Position numbers and translations under genes: made by a program. A model generated the notes under the pieces. That model did no database searches, was not told the origin of the DNA, and saw nothing but the letters and a program-made list of their open reading frames with translations. A stretch of DNA of 42,476 bases from Bacteroidota bacterium. Lineage in GTDB: Bacteria; Bacteroidota; Bacteroidia; UKL13-3. The number at the start of each line of letters is the position of its first letter. Positions within the stretch are counted from its first letter, which is position 1. Shown here piece by piece: positions 9,227-17,618 of the stretch. The stretch is from NCBI GenBank assembly GCA_947462865.1, contig CANHRW010000001.1, positions 1 to 42,476 on the forward strand. Reading direction: 5' to 3'.

Positions 9227-10542
9227 ACATATTGCTGATTTGTTGTTTGCTCATATCGGCATGTCAATTAGATACAACGCCCAATTTCTCTGATGACATT
9301 GCTCCTATTGTTCAGCAGAAATGTATCAAGTGTCACCAACAAAATGGTGGAGGTCCTTTTCCTTTAACCAATTACCAAGAAATTGCTTCTAAAGGTCAAT
9401 TGATTGCCTATGTGGTTGAACAAAAAATAATGCCACCTTGGCCTGCTGATCCAGAATATGCCCATTTTACAGGAGAATTGGCGTTATCTGATAAAGAAAT
9501 TGATCAAATTCAAAAATGGGTTACAAGCGGAATGGCCCCTGGAGACAGTAGCCAGCAATTGGAATTACCCCAAAACCAACAAAATAACAACTCCAATTTT
9601 ATCGTTGTAAAACTGCCACAACCATTTTTAATTAAAGGCGATAACAAAGACCACTTTTTTGTAGCCAAATACCCCATTCAAGTACCAGCAAATACATACA
9701 TAGAGGCAATAGAGTTTGTACCACATCAATTAAAATTGGTACACCATATGAACGCACACTTAATTAATTATTCTGAAACACAAGCTATAAACACAACTAC
9801 CGCTCCGTATTGGGTCGACCAAAACCAAGAAGAAAGCCAACGCGTACACAAAGATTTAAAACTGTGCTATGCAAACGGAACATACCCTGAAATGACCCCC
9901 TCTGTCTGCAATTATTTACCAGGTGCGCAATTTTCCAAATACCCTGATGGTATCGGGGGATTTCCCCTTGCTAAAAATGCGGTTTTATACATCAATGACA
10001 TTCATTTTGGACCAAGCCCAATACCTGTTATTGATTCATCTTACTTCAAAATCTACTTAACAAACAAAGCACCTATTAGACCCGTAAGAGAGTTTCAGAT
10101 TGGCACGCTCGGATTAAGCCCAGTAAAGCCCGATTTGAGTATTCCAGCTAATCAGATCAAAACCTTTAAAATTGAATTTACAGTACCCGAAGATATTTCT
10201 ATCTTGAACATTGTTCCACATATGCACTTGATTGGTAAAAAATTCAAATCATATGCCATTAAACCAAGTGGAGATACCGTTCGTTTGATTGCAATCAACC
10301 AATGGGATTTTAGGTGGCAATATTTTTATAGACCTCCTCATTTATTAAAATTGCCTAGAGGTAGCCAAATTTATGTAGAAGCGGTTTATGACAACACTTC
10401 TCAAAACCCAAATAACCCGTTCTCTCCACCTCAATTGATTCGGGATAGAAACGGAAGTATGAGAACTACTGATGAGATGCTCCAACTCATACTCACCTAT
10501 GTTCCATACAAAAAAGGAGATGAAGACTTACCCAATGAGTAA
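9211..10542 (+). CDS. Lipoprotein with an N-terminal CxxCH haem-c motif fused to a copper type II (PHM/DBH-like) monooxygenase core
   Basis: 443 aa. Lipobox-like LLISAC. CIKCH at 9322..9336 with a downstream IMPPWP. Copper-ligand-like motifs are VHHM (9742..9747), IHFG (10003..10005), HMHLIGK (10219..10227) and TDEM (10477..10479). The start overlaps the upstream gene by 16 nt. The ORF itself is very likely coding. The functional call comes from motif matching by eye. Confidence 0.8.
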   Translation: MFHRINILLICCLLISACQLDTTPNFSDDIAPIVQQKCIKCHQQNGGGPFPLTNYQEIASKGQLIAYVVEQKIMPPWPADPEYAHFTGELALSDKEIDQIQKWVTSGMAPGDSSQQLELPQNQQNNNSNFIVVKLPQPFLIKGDNKDHFFVAKYPIQVPANTYIEAIEFVPHQLKLVHHMNAHLINYSETQAINTTTAPYWVDQNQEESQRVHKDLKLCYANGTYPEMTPSVCNYLPGAQFSKYPDGIGGFPLAKNAVLYINDIHFGPSPIPVIDSSYFKIYLTNKAPIRPVREFQIGTLGLSPVKPDLSIPANQIKTFKIEFTVPEDISILNIVPHMHLIGKKFKSYAIKPSGDTVRLIAINQWDFRWQYFYRPPHLLKLPRGSQIYVEAVYDNTSQNPNNPFSPPQLIRDRNGSMRTTDEMLQLILTYVPYKKGDEDLPNE

Positions 10543-10565
10543 GTCTTCATCATTCCGTTATATTT

Positions 10566-10985
10566 TTAGCAAAAAGTATCGAATGCAGCTTGTAAATGAG
10601 CTGAAATCATTTGTGCACTGCGTCCTTCTATCATGTGTCTTTCTACAAAATGTACCAATTCACCATTTTTAAACAACGCAATTGACGGTGAAGATGGAGG
10701 GTATGGCAATGTAAATTCACGTGCTTTGGCTACTGCATCGGATTCTTGTCCTGCAAATACAGTTAACAATTGAGCTGGTTTTTTTACTGACTTTTCAACG
10801 GCTTCAATGACTCCTGGTCTGGCAGTTCCTGCTGCGCAACCACAAACCGAATTGAAAACCAATAATTGAGTACCTTCTTTATTTGAAAAGGCTTGTTCTA
10901 CCTCCGATGGGGTCATCAAAGATTTGAATCCAACATTTTCTAATTGTTGTCTCATAGGAGCAACTAACATTTCTGGATATGCCAT
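10566..10985 (-). CDS. BrxA/BrxB-family bacilliredoxin (DUF1094, YphP/YqiW-like)
   Basis: 139 aa with the family-defining FNSVCGCAAG (CGC) redox motif. Confidence 0.85.
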   Translation of the reverse strand: MAYPEMLVAPMRQQLENVGFKSLMTPSEVEQAFSNKEGTQLLVFNSVCGCAAGTARPGVIEAVEKSVKKPAQLLTVFAGQESDAVAKAREFTLPYPPSSPSIALFKNGELVHFVERHMIEGRSAQMISAHLQAAFDTFC

Positions 10986-11123
10986 AGTGTGTCTGGTTTA
11001 AATTTGTTTGCTAAAGAACAAGCATTGAGCCAAAAAACAAAGCATGAAAGAATGTCAGCATAAATTTTACAATTAAAACCTCATTTGAACCCAATTTTAT
11101 TTTTAAAATCAGACTATTACACC

Positions 11124-11131
11124 TAATTTTG
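11124..11131 (+). promoter_or_regulatory. Candidate -7 box TAatTTTG upstream of ahcY
   Basis: Exact TAnnTTTG 23 nt upstream of the ATG at 11155. Confidence 0.35.
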
Positions 11132-11154
11132 AAGCCAATTTAATTTAAAGAGAA

Positions 11155-12468
11155 ATGTCAGAAGCAAAATCACAACTTCCTTACAAAGTAAAAGATATCT
11201 CGCTTGCCGAGTGGGGCCGTAAAGAAATCAAATTAGCAGAAGCAGAAATGCCAGGCTTAATGTCAATTCGTAAAGAATATGGACCAAAACAACCCTTAAA
11301 AGGAGCAAGAATCGCAGGTTGTTTACACATGACCATTCAAACTGCAGTTTTGATTGAAACATTGAAACACCTGGGTGCTGAGGTAACTTGGAGTTCTTGT
11401 AATATATTTTCTACTCAAGACCATGCTGCTGCTGCTATTGCTGCTGCTGGTATTCCAGTTTATGCTTGGAAAGGTCAAAATGAAGAAGAATTTGATTGGT
11501 GCATTGAACAAACTTTGTTTGCCTTTGAAGGCGGACAAGGATTAAACATGATTTTAGATGATGGTGGAGATTTAACCAACATGGTTTTAGACAGATACCC
11601 TGAATTGGTAAGCAATATCAAAGGTTTGTCTGAAGAAACGACTACTGGTGTTCACCGCTTGTACGAGCGCATGAGAAAAGGCACTTTGCCAATTCCTGCT
11701 ATTAATGTAAACGACTCTGTAACCAAATCAAAATTTGATAACAAATACGGCTGTAAAGAATCTTTAGTGGATGCCATTCGTCGTGCAACAGATATTATGC
11801 TTGCAGGTAAAGTAGCAGTGGTAGCAGGTTACGGAGATGTAGGTAAAGGATCAGCAGAATCTTTGAGAGGTGCAGGAGCAAGAGTTTTGGTAACTGAAAT
11901 TGATCCAATTTGTGCACTACAAGCTGCTATGGATGGATATGAAGTTGTAACCATGGAAGAAGCCTGTTCACGTGCCAATATTTTTGTTACGGCAACCGGT
12001 AATGTGAAAATTATCACAGACCGTCATTTTAATGCCATGCGCGATAAATCTATCGTTTGTAACATTGGTCACTTTGACAATGAAATTGATATGGCTTGGT
12101 TAAACGCAAATCATGGCAGCAGCAAATACACCATCAAACCTCAAGTAGATGTATTCAATGTAAATGGCAATGAAATCATTATTTTAGCAGAAGGACGTTT
12201 GGTGAATTTAGGTTGTGCTATGGGTCATCCTAGTTTTGTAATGAGTAATTCTTTCTCTAACCAAACATTGGCTCAAATAGAATTGTGGACCAATAGCAAT
12301 AGCTACGAAAACAAAGTGTATGTATTGCCTAAACATTTAGATGAAAAGGTTGCTGCTTTACACTTAGACCACATTGGTGCAAAATTAACCAAATTGGATC
12401 CTGAACAAGCCGAGTACATTGGTGTGAAAACAGAAGGTCCATTCAAATCAGAATTGTACAGATACTAA
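11155..12468 (+). CDS. ahcY: Adenosylhomocysteinase
   Basis: 437 aa. [16 protein letters not shown] start, [19 protein letters not shown]-binding GYGDVGKG and [10 protein letters not shown] motifs. Confidence 0.95.
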   Translation: MSEAKSQLPYKVKDISLAEWGRKEIKLAEAEMPGLMSIRKEYGPKQPLKGARIAGCLHMTIQTAVLIETLKHLGAEVTWSSCNIFSTQDHAAAAIAAAGIPVYAWKGQNEEEFDWCIEQTLFAFEGGQGLNMILDDGGDLTNMVLDRYPELVSNIKGLSEETTTGVHRLYERMRKGTLPIPAINVNDSVTKSKFDNKYGCKESLVDAIRRATDIMLAGKVAVVAGYGDVGKGSAESLRGAGARVLVTEIDPICALQAAMDGYEVVTMEEACSRANIFVTATGNVKIITDRHFNAMRDKSIVCNIGHFDNEIDMAWLNANHGSSKYTIKPQVDVFNVNGNEIIILAEGRLVNLGCAMGHPSFVMSNSFSNQTLAQIELWTNSNSYENKVYVLPKHLDEKVAALHLDHIGAKLTKLDPEQAEYIGVKTEGPFKSELYRY

Positions 12469-12485
12469 TTTAAAAACCCCGAAAA

Positions 12486-12512
12486 AGCCACCCTTACCGG
12501 GTGGCTTTTTTT
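12486..12512 (+). terminator. Rho-independent terminator after ahcY
   Basis: Hairpin AGCCACCC-ttacc-GGGTGGCT followed by a T run. Confidence 0.8.
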
Positions 12513-12541
12513 ATGTACAAAGCTTTCTCAACTAATTATTT

Positions 12542-13267
12542 ATGAGTGCCATGACTAAACTGAGTGTCAATATCAATAAAATTGCCTTAATCAGAAATTC
12601 AAGAATTGGAAACAATCCGAATGTCCTTGAAATGGCTTTACTGGCAGAAAAATTTGGAGCGAATGGGATCACCGTTCATCCAAGACCTGATGAAAGACAT
12701 ATCCGTTATGCTGATATTCCATTGTTAAAATATTCGGTTCAAACAGAATTCAATATTGAGGGCAACCCAATGGAAGCAAAATTTATTGAATTGGTATTGG
12801 CTAACCCACCACATCAAGTAACGCTAGTTCCTGACCATCAAAACCAATTAACCAGCGACCATGGCTGGGACACTATTCAACACCAGCATTTTCTGGCAGA
12901 AACCATTCAATTGTTTCAGTCAAAAGGCATTCGTACTTCAGTTTTTGTGGACCCCGAAATCAAACACATTGAAGGTGCAAAAAAAGCAGGTGCCGATAGA
13001 ATTGAACTCTATACAGAAGCCTATGCGAGTGGATTCAACACCCATAGAGCAAATGCAATAGCACCTTATTTGAAAGCGGCACAATTTGCTACCGAAATAG
13101 GGCTAGGTATCAATGCAGGTCACGACTTAAATTTAGAAAACCTGAGTTATCTAAAAGCAGGTATTCCTCAATTGATGGAGGTGTCAATAGGACATGCGCT
13201 AGTATGCGATGCACTCCTGTTCGGATGGGAAAATGCCATCCAACAATACAAAAGAGCTTTGTTATAA
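12542..13267 (+). CDS. pdxJ: Pyridoxine 5'-phosphate synthase PdxJ
   Basis: 241 aa. LSVNINKIALIRNSR, GITVHPRPDERHI, NIEGNP, ELYTEAYA and NAGHDLN motifs. Confidence 0.95.
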   Translation: MSAMTKLSVNINKIALIRNSRIGNNPNVLEMALLAEKFGANGITVHPRPDERHIRYADIPLLKYSVQTEFNIEGNPMEAKFIELVLANPPHQVTLVPDHQNQLTSDHGWDTIQHQHFLAETIQLFQSKGIRTSVFVDPEIKHIEGAKKAGADRIELYTEAYASGFNTHRANAIAPYLKAAQFATEIGLGINAGHDLNLENLSYLKAGIPQLMEVSIGHALVCDALLFGWENAIQQYKRALL

Positions 13268-14530
13268 TTATTTCAAAATGGTTTCTTCTCTGTCTGGACC
13301 TACAGAGATTACATTCACAGGAACACCAATTTGAGATTCAACATAATTCATGTAGGTTTTAAACGTTTCAGGCAATTCAGTATACGTTCTCATCTTACTC
13401 AAATCTCCTTGCCAACCTTCAAATTTGCTGTAGACAGGGTCTATGGTATAATCTTGAATTCCAAAAGGGATTTGCTGTATGCTAGTACCATTTAACTGAT
13501 AGGCATCACAAACCAACACCTCTTCGAATCCACTCAATACATCTGATTTGGTACAAATTAAATCGGTTACCCCATTTAACATGATTGCATACTTTAAACT
13601 TGGTAAATCTAACCAGCCTGTTCTTCTTGGCCTACCTGTAGTTACGCCAAATTCATGCCCAAGTTTTCTTAATTTTTCGCCGGTTTCATTTTCTTGTTCT
13701 GTAGGAAAAGGACCATTTCCAACTCTGGTACAATAGGCTTTAAAAATACCATATACCTTTTGAATATGTTGTGGTGCAATACCTAATCCAACACAAGCAC
13801 CACCTGTGATGGTATTAGATGAAGTTACAAACGGATAGGACCCAAAATCAATGTCTAATAAGGTTCCTTGAGCACCTTCTGCCAATATTTTTTTCCCTTG
13901 GGCAATTAACTCATTGATGTAATATTCACTGTTGATGATTTTAAACGTTTTTAGGAATTCAACCGCCTCAAAAAATGCAGGTTCATGCTCACTTAAATTG
14001 TATTCAAAATTCAAAGAATCGAGTAAAGTACAATGAATAGCTGTTGCATTGGTGTACTTCTCTTTAAAAATTGGGCTTAAAATATCGCCCACTCTTAAAC
14101 CGCTTCTTCCAATTTTATCTTGATATGTAGGGCTGATTCCTCTTAGCGTTGAACCTACTTTGTGTTCCCCTTTTTTAGCTTCGGATGCCGCATCTACCAA
14201 CCTGTGTGTAGGCAAAATTAAATGGGCTTTTTCTGAAATGTATAAGTTTTTGTGAATGTCTACTCCTGTGGTTTGTGCTTTTTCAATTTCTTTTTTTAAT
14301 TGAACTGGATCTACCACCACACCATTGCCTATGATATTGATACAATGTTCATGAAAAATACCTGAAGGAATGGTATTCAAAACATATTTATTGCCTCCAA
14401 ACTCCAATGAATGTCCAGCATTTGGACCACCCTGAAACCTGGCAACAACATCGTATTGCGGTGTCAATACATCTACAATTTTACCTTTTCCTTCGTCTCC
14501 CCACTGAAGCCCCAAAACTACATCTACCAT
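13268..14530 (-). CDS. purA: Adenylosuccinate synthetase
   Basis: 420 aa. GLQWGDEGKGK P-loop, GPNAGH and TTGRPRRTGWLD motifs. Confidence 0.95.
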   Translation of the reverse strand: MVDVVLGLQWGDEGKGKIVDVLTPQYDVVARFQGGPNAGHSLEFGGNKYVLNTIPSGIFHEHCINIIGNGVVVDPVQLKKEIEKAQTTGVDIHKNLYISEKAHLILPTHRLVDAASEAKKGEHKVGSTLRGISPTYQDKIGRSGLRVGDILSPIFKEKYTNATAIHCTLLDSLNFEYNLSEHEPAFFEAVEFLKTFKIINSEYYINELIAQGKKILAEGAQGTLLDIDFGSYPFVTSSNTITGGACVGLGIAPQHIQKVYGIFKAYCTRVGNGPFPTEQENETGEKLRKLGHEFGVTTGRPRRTGWLDLPSLKYAIMLNGVTDLICTKSDVLSGFEEVLVCDAYQLNGTSIQQIPFGIQDYTIDPVYSKFEGWQGDLSKMRTYTELPETFKTYMNYVESQIGVPVNVISVGPDREETILK

Positions 14531-14531
14531 A

Positions 14532-15044
14532 TTATTTTATATTTTTATGGCAAGCTATACACTCGCCTTCGCTGTTTAACTGTGGATTTCCAAATAAATA
14601 CAATGAATGGTTGGTGATTTCAAAATTCATCAACTCTCCAATAGTATCTTTTATTTGTTGAATTCTTGGATCACAAAATTCTCTGACCTCGTTGCAGGCA
14701 TTACATATTAAATGGTCGTGCTGCCTAAAACCATAGGCTTTTTCATACCTAGATATATTTCGTCCAAATTGATGTTTGATTACTAGGCCACAATCCAATA
14801 ACAAATCGAGGGTATTGTAAACGGTAGCTCTGCTTACCCTGTAATTCCTATTTTTCATGTGTTCAAACAAAGTCTCAACATCAAAATGTTCTTTGTTAGA
14901 ATAAATTTCATCGAGAATGGCAAACCTTTCTGGGGTTTTACGTTGCTGATGAAGCTCAAGAAATTCTACAAATTTTTGTCGTACTTCCTCTTTAATGGCA
15001 TCTGATGGACCGGGCAATGTTTGCATGAATTGTTTGAAAGGCAC
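14532..15044 (-). CDS. Fur-family transcriptional regulator
   Basis: Winged-helix core (RKTPERFAILDEIYS...RVSRATVYNTLDLL) plus Cys pairs (CNAC, CIAC). The track start at 15044 is a GTG, and an ATG alternative exists at 15026. The stop lies 1 nt before the purA start. Metal specificity (Fur/Zur/PerR) cannot be called. Confidence 0.85.
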   Translation of the reverse strand: MPFKQFMQTLPGPSDAIKEEVRQKFVEFLELHQQRKTPERFAILDEIYSNKEHFDVETLFEHMKNRNYRVSRATVYNTLDLLLDCGLVIKHQFGRNISRYEKAYGFRQHDHLICNACNEVREFCDPRIQQIKDTIGELMNFEITNHSLYLFGNPQLNSEGECIACHKNIK

Positions 15045-15117
15045 GAAGATAAGCCATGCAGGATGAATGAAAAAATGAAAATCAAATTTTAATCAAACCC
15101 CTGATTCTGAAGTTAAT

Positions 15118-17328
15118 TTAGTTTAAATCGACCCTACTTACACTGATCAATGGGCTTGCAGCTTTAATGGCGGTCATGATATTTTCTAATTGCTGGGTAT
15201 CGTGTACTTCCAAAAATACAGAACCTTCAAACATACCCTCATTAGAGCTGATAGAAATAGAGCGCATGTTTATTTTTAACTGCTTTGAAATGATGTCTGT
15301 AATGATACTCACAATTCCTACACTATCTATACCTGAAACTTTGATTGAAGTTAAGAAAGCTTTGCCTTTGTTGAAAGAATCATCGGCCCATTTGGCCTTA
15401 ATAATTCGATACCCGTAATTGCTCATTAAGCTCAAGGCATTTGAACAATTCGTTCTGTGAATTTTAACACCCTCCCCTACTGTTACAAAACCAAAAATTT
15501 CATCACCAGGAATGGGGTTACAACAAACTGAAAAAGCATAGGGCAAATCTTGTTCATTTTCACCTAACAACACCGCATCATTAGCGAGAGTTTTGCCATT
15601 TTTAGGCTTTGATTGAACCGACACTTCAGTAGATTTTGCTGCTTCCATCAATAAAATTTCGGCAATGTCTATTTTGGTGCGGTCAATTTTATCAGTAGCA
15701 ATTAAATAATACAAATCTGTAACTGCTTTTAATTTAAAGTGCTTGGTTAGGGCTTGTAAGGCCTCAGAAGTAAATGGCAATTTGGCATTTTTAAATTTCC
15801 GCTCAAGCATTTCTTTACCCATAGAGGCCGAACTCAATCTCAATTGCTTGAAATAATCGCGCACTTTTGCCTTTGCTTTGGCTGTAACCAAAAACTGCAT
15901 CCAATCTTCGTTTGGATTTTGTTTGGCACTCGTTAAAATTTCTACTTGATCACCATTGCTCAATTTGTGGTTAATTGGAACCAATTTGTTATTGAGTTTG
16001 GCTCCAATACACCTTAAACCCAAATCACTGTGAATTTCAAATGCAAAATCAAGTATACTAGCATCTGAAGGTAATTTTTTCAAATCACCTTTTGGCGTAA
16101 AAACAAAAATTTCATCTGTATAAAGTGCCAGTTTAAAATCGTCTAAAAACTCCAAGGCGTTGGCATCTGGATTTTCTAAAATTTCGCGAACTTTCAACAA
16201 CCAATTTTCCAAGCCATTGTCGGCAGCCTGGGCATTGTCTTTGTATTTCCAATGAGCAGCAAAACCTTTTTCGGCTATTTCGTCCATTCTTTTGCTTCTA
16301 ATTTGCACCTCTACCCACCTGCCCTTAGGCCCCATAACAGTTGTATGCAGACTCTCATAACCATTGGCCTTGGGCGTACTTACCCAATCTCTCAGCCTAT
16401 CGGGATTAGGCATGTAATGATCTGTTACTACAGAGTATACTTTCCAACAATCACTTTTTTCCAATTCAAAAGGAGAATCAACAATGATTCGAATGGCAAA
16501 CAAATCGTACACCTCTTCAAAAGGGATGTTTTGCTTGTTCATTTTTGTTAGTATAGAATGAATACTTTTAGGCCTCCCTTTTATTTCATAGCTTAAACCT
16601 GCATGGTCAATATCAGTTACAAGAGGTTCTATAAATTGTTTGATGTACTTATTGCGCTGGCTTTTGGTTTCGTTTAGTTTCTTTTTAACAAAATTGTACC
16701 TATCAGACTCAAGGTATTTAGTAGACAAGTCTTCTAATTCTGTTTTAATGGCATACAAACCTAAACGATGAGCCAATGGCCCATAAACGTACGCGGTTTC
16801 AGATGCTATTTTCAATTGAGATTTACCCGACATAGAATCGAGGGTTCTCATATTATGCAAGCGGTCTGCCAACTTAATAAGAATAACGCGCACATCGTCG
16901 CCCAAAGTAAGTAGCATTTTTTTGAAATTTTCAGCTTGGGCGCTTCTATCAGGCTGGTCAAAAACCCCTGATATTTTGGTGAGTCCGTCTATGATACGCA
17001 TGACTTTCTCGCCAAATTTCAATTTGATCAATTCGAGGGTAATGTCTGTATCTTCTACGGTATCATGTAACAAGGCACTGATAACGGAAGTAACCCCCAA
17101 ACCAATTTCTTCTGTACATATTTGAGCAACCGCCAATGGGTGCAGAATATAAGGCTCACCACTTTTTCTACGCATGTTTTTGTGCGCGTTTAAAGACAGG
17201 TCAAAAGCTTCCCTTATTTTTTTTCGATCTTGTGAGGTAAGTGTTCGCTTAATGCTTCTGAGTAAGGCCCTGTATTGCTTAACAATTAATTTATTTTCTG
17301 CTTCTATATCTATTTGGCTTGGTTCCAT
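15118..17328 (-). CDS. Bifunctional RelA/SpoT-homologue (p)ppGpp synthetase/hydrolase
   Basis: 736 aa. The HD hydrolase motif HDTVEDT is intact, followed by a synthetase domain (SIHSILTKM...YESLHTTV) and TGS- and ACT-like C-terminal regions. Confidence 0.95.
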   Translation of the reverse strand: MEPSQIDIEAENKLIVKQYRALLRSIKRTLTSQDRKKIREAFDLSLNAHKNMRRKSGEPYILHPLAVAQICTEEIGLGVTSVISALLHDTVEDTDITLELIKLKFGEKVMRIIDGLTKISGVFDQPDRSAQAENFKKMLLTLGDDVRVILIKLADRLHNMRTLDSMSGKSQLKIASETAYVYGPLAHRLGLYAIKTELEDLSTKYLESDRYNFVKKKLNETKSQRNKYIKQFIEPLVTDIDHAGLSYEIKGRPKSIHSILTKMNKQNIPFEEVYDLFAIRIIVDSPFELEKSDCWKVYSVVTDHYMPNPDRLRDWVSTPKANGYESLHTTVMGPKGRWVEVQIRSKRMDEIAEKGFAAHWKYKDNAQAADNGLENWLLKVREILENPDANALEFLDDFKLALYTDEIFVFTPKGDLKKLPSDASILDFAFEIHSDLGLRCIGAKLNNKLVPINHKLSNGDQVEILTSAKQNPNEDWMQFLVTAKAKAKVRDYFKQLRLSSASMGKEMLERKFKNAKLPFTSEALQALTKHFKLKAVTDLYYLIATDKIDRTKIDIAEILLMEAAKSTEVSVQSKPKNGKTLANDAVLLGENEQDLPYAFSVCCNPIPGDEIFGFVTVGEGVKIHRTNCSNALSLMSNYGYRIIKAKWADDSFNKGKAFLTSIKVSGIDSVGIVSIITDIISKQLKINMRSISISSNEGMFEGSVFLEVHDTQQLENIMTAIKAASPLISVSRVDLN

Positions 17329-17351
17329 GCATTTGCAATTTTAATGCTTTA

Positions 17352-17359
17352 CAAAGCTA
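17352..17359 (-). promoter_or_regulatory. Candidate -7 box (TAgcTTTG on the minus strand) upstream of the RSH gene
   Basis: The plus strand reads CAAAgcTA, 24 nt upstream of the start codon at 17328. Confidence 0.35.
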
Positions 17360-17449
17360 TTAAAAGCAGGGATGATGCCGAGAAATGGTTTCATTTTTTT
17401 TTATTTTGTTGTGCTAAAAAATAAGTTCTTTGGGATTTATGCATAAGAA

Positions 17450-17480
17450 TTTGGAATTCGTTCAAATAAGCATACATTTG
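17450..17480 (+). promoter_or_regulatory. Canonical Bacteroidota promoter (TTTG-N19-TAcaTTTG) upstream of tRNA-Leu
   Basis: TTTG at 17450..17453 and TAcaTTTG at 17473..17480, with a 19-nt spacer. The tRNA begins at 17519. Confidence 0.5.
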
Positions 17481-17518
17481 CAGTCCGATTTACGGAATAA
17501 AATAGTTCTTTAACAACT

Positions 17519-17600
17519 GCGGATGTGGCGTAATTGGTAGCCGTGCCAGACTTAGGATCTGGTGCCGAAAGGCGTGGGGGTTCGAGTCCCTCCATCCGCA
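17519..17600 (+). tRNA. tRNA-Leu (anticodon UAG)
   Basis: Hand-folded cloverleaf. The acceptor GCGGATG pairs with CATCCGC. The anticodon stem is CCAGA/TCTGG with loop CTTAGGA (anticodon TAG). There is a 13-nt class II variable arm (tGCCgaaaGGCgt), a T arm GGGGG-TTCGAGT-CCCTC and discriminator A. CCA is not encoded. Confidence 0.9.
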
Positions 17601-17618
17601 CGATTTTTTTTAATCAGC

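Noticed and set aside
10986-11154. Possible SAH riboswitch or other leader upstream of ahcY
   Set aside because: - The 169-nt spacer is AT-rich, with no GC-rich pseudoknot or helix pattern of the kind the SAH riboswitch needs.
- I found only a TAatTTTG promoter box.
17519-17600. The tRNA-Leu as an integration site for a genomic island or prophage
   Set aside because: - There is no integrase, no direct repeat of the tRNA 3' end and no compositional shift nearby.
- The tRNA is followed by the conserved tig-clpP-clpX genes.
17562-17618. N-terminal extension of the trigger factor ORF in the track (MPKGVGVRVPPSARFFLIS...)
   Set aside because: - The extension is the tRNA-Leu sequence read as protein.
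- The ATG at 17619 gives a normal trigger factor N-terminus.
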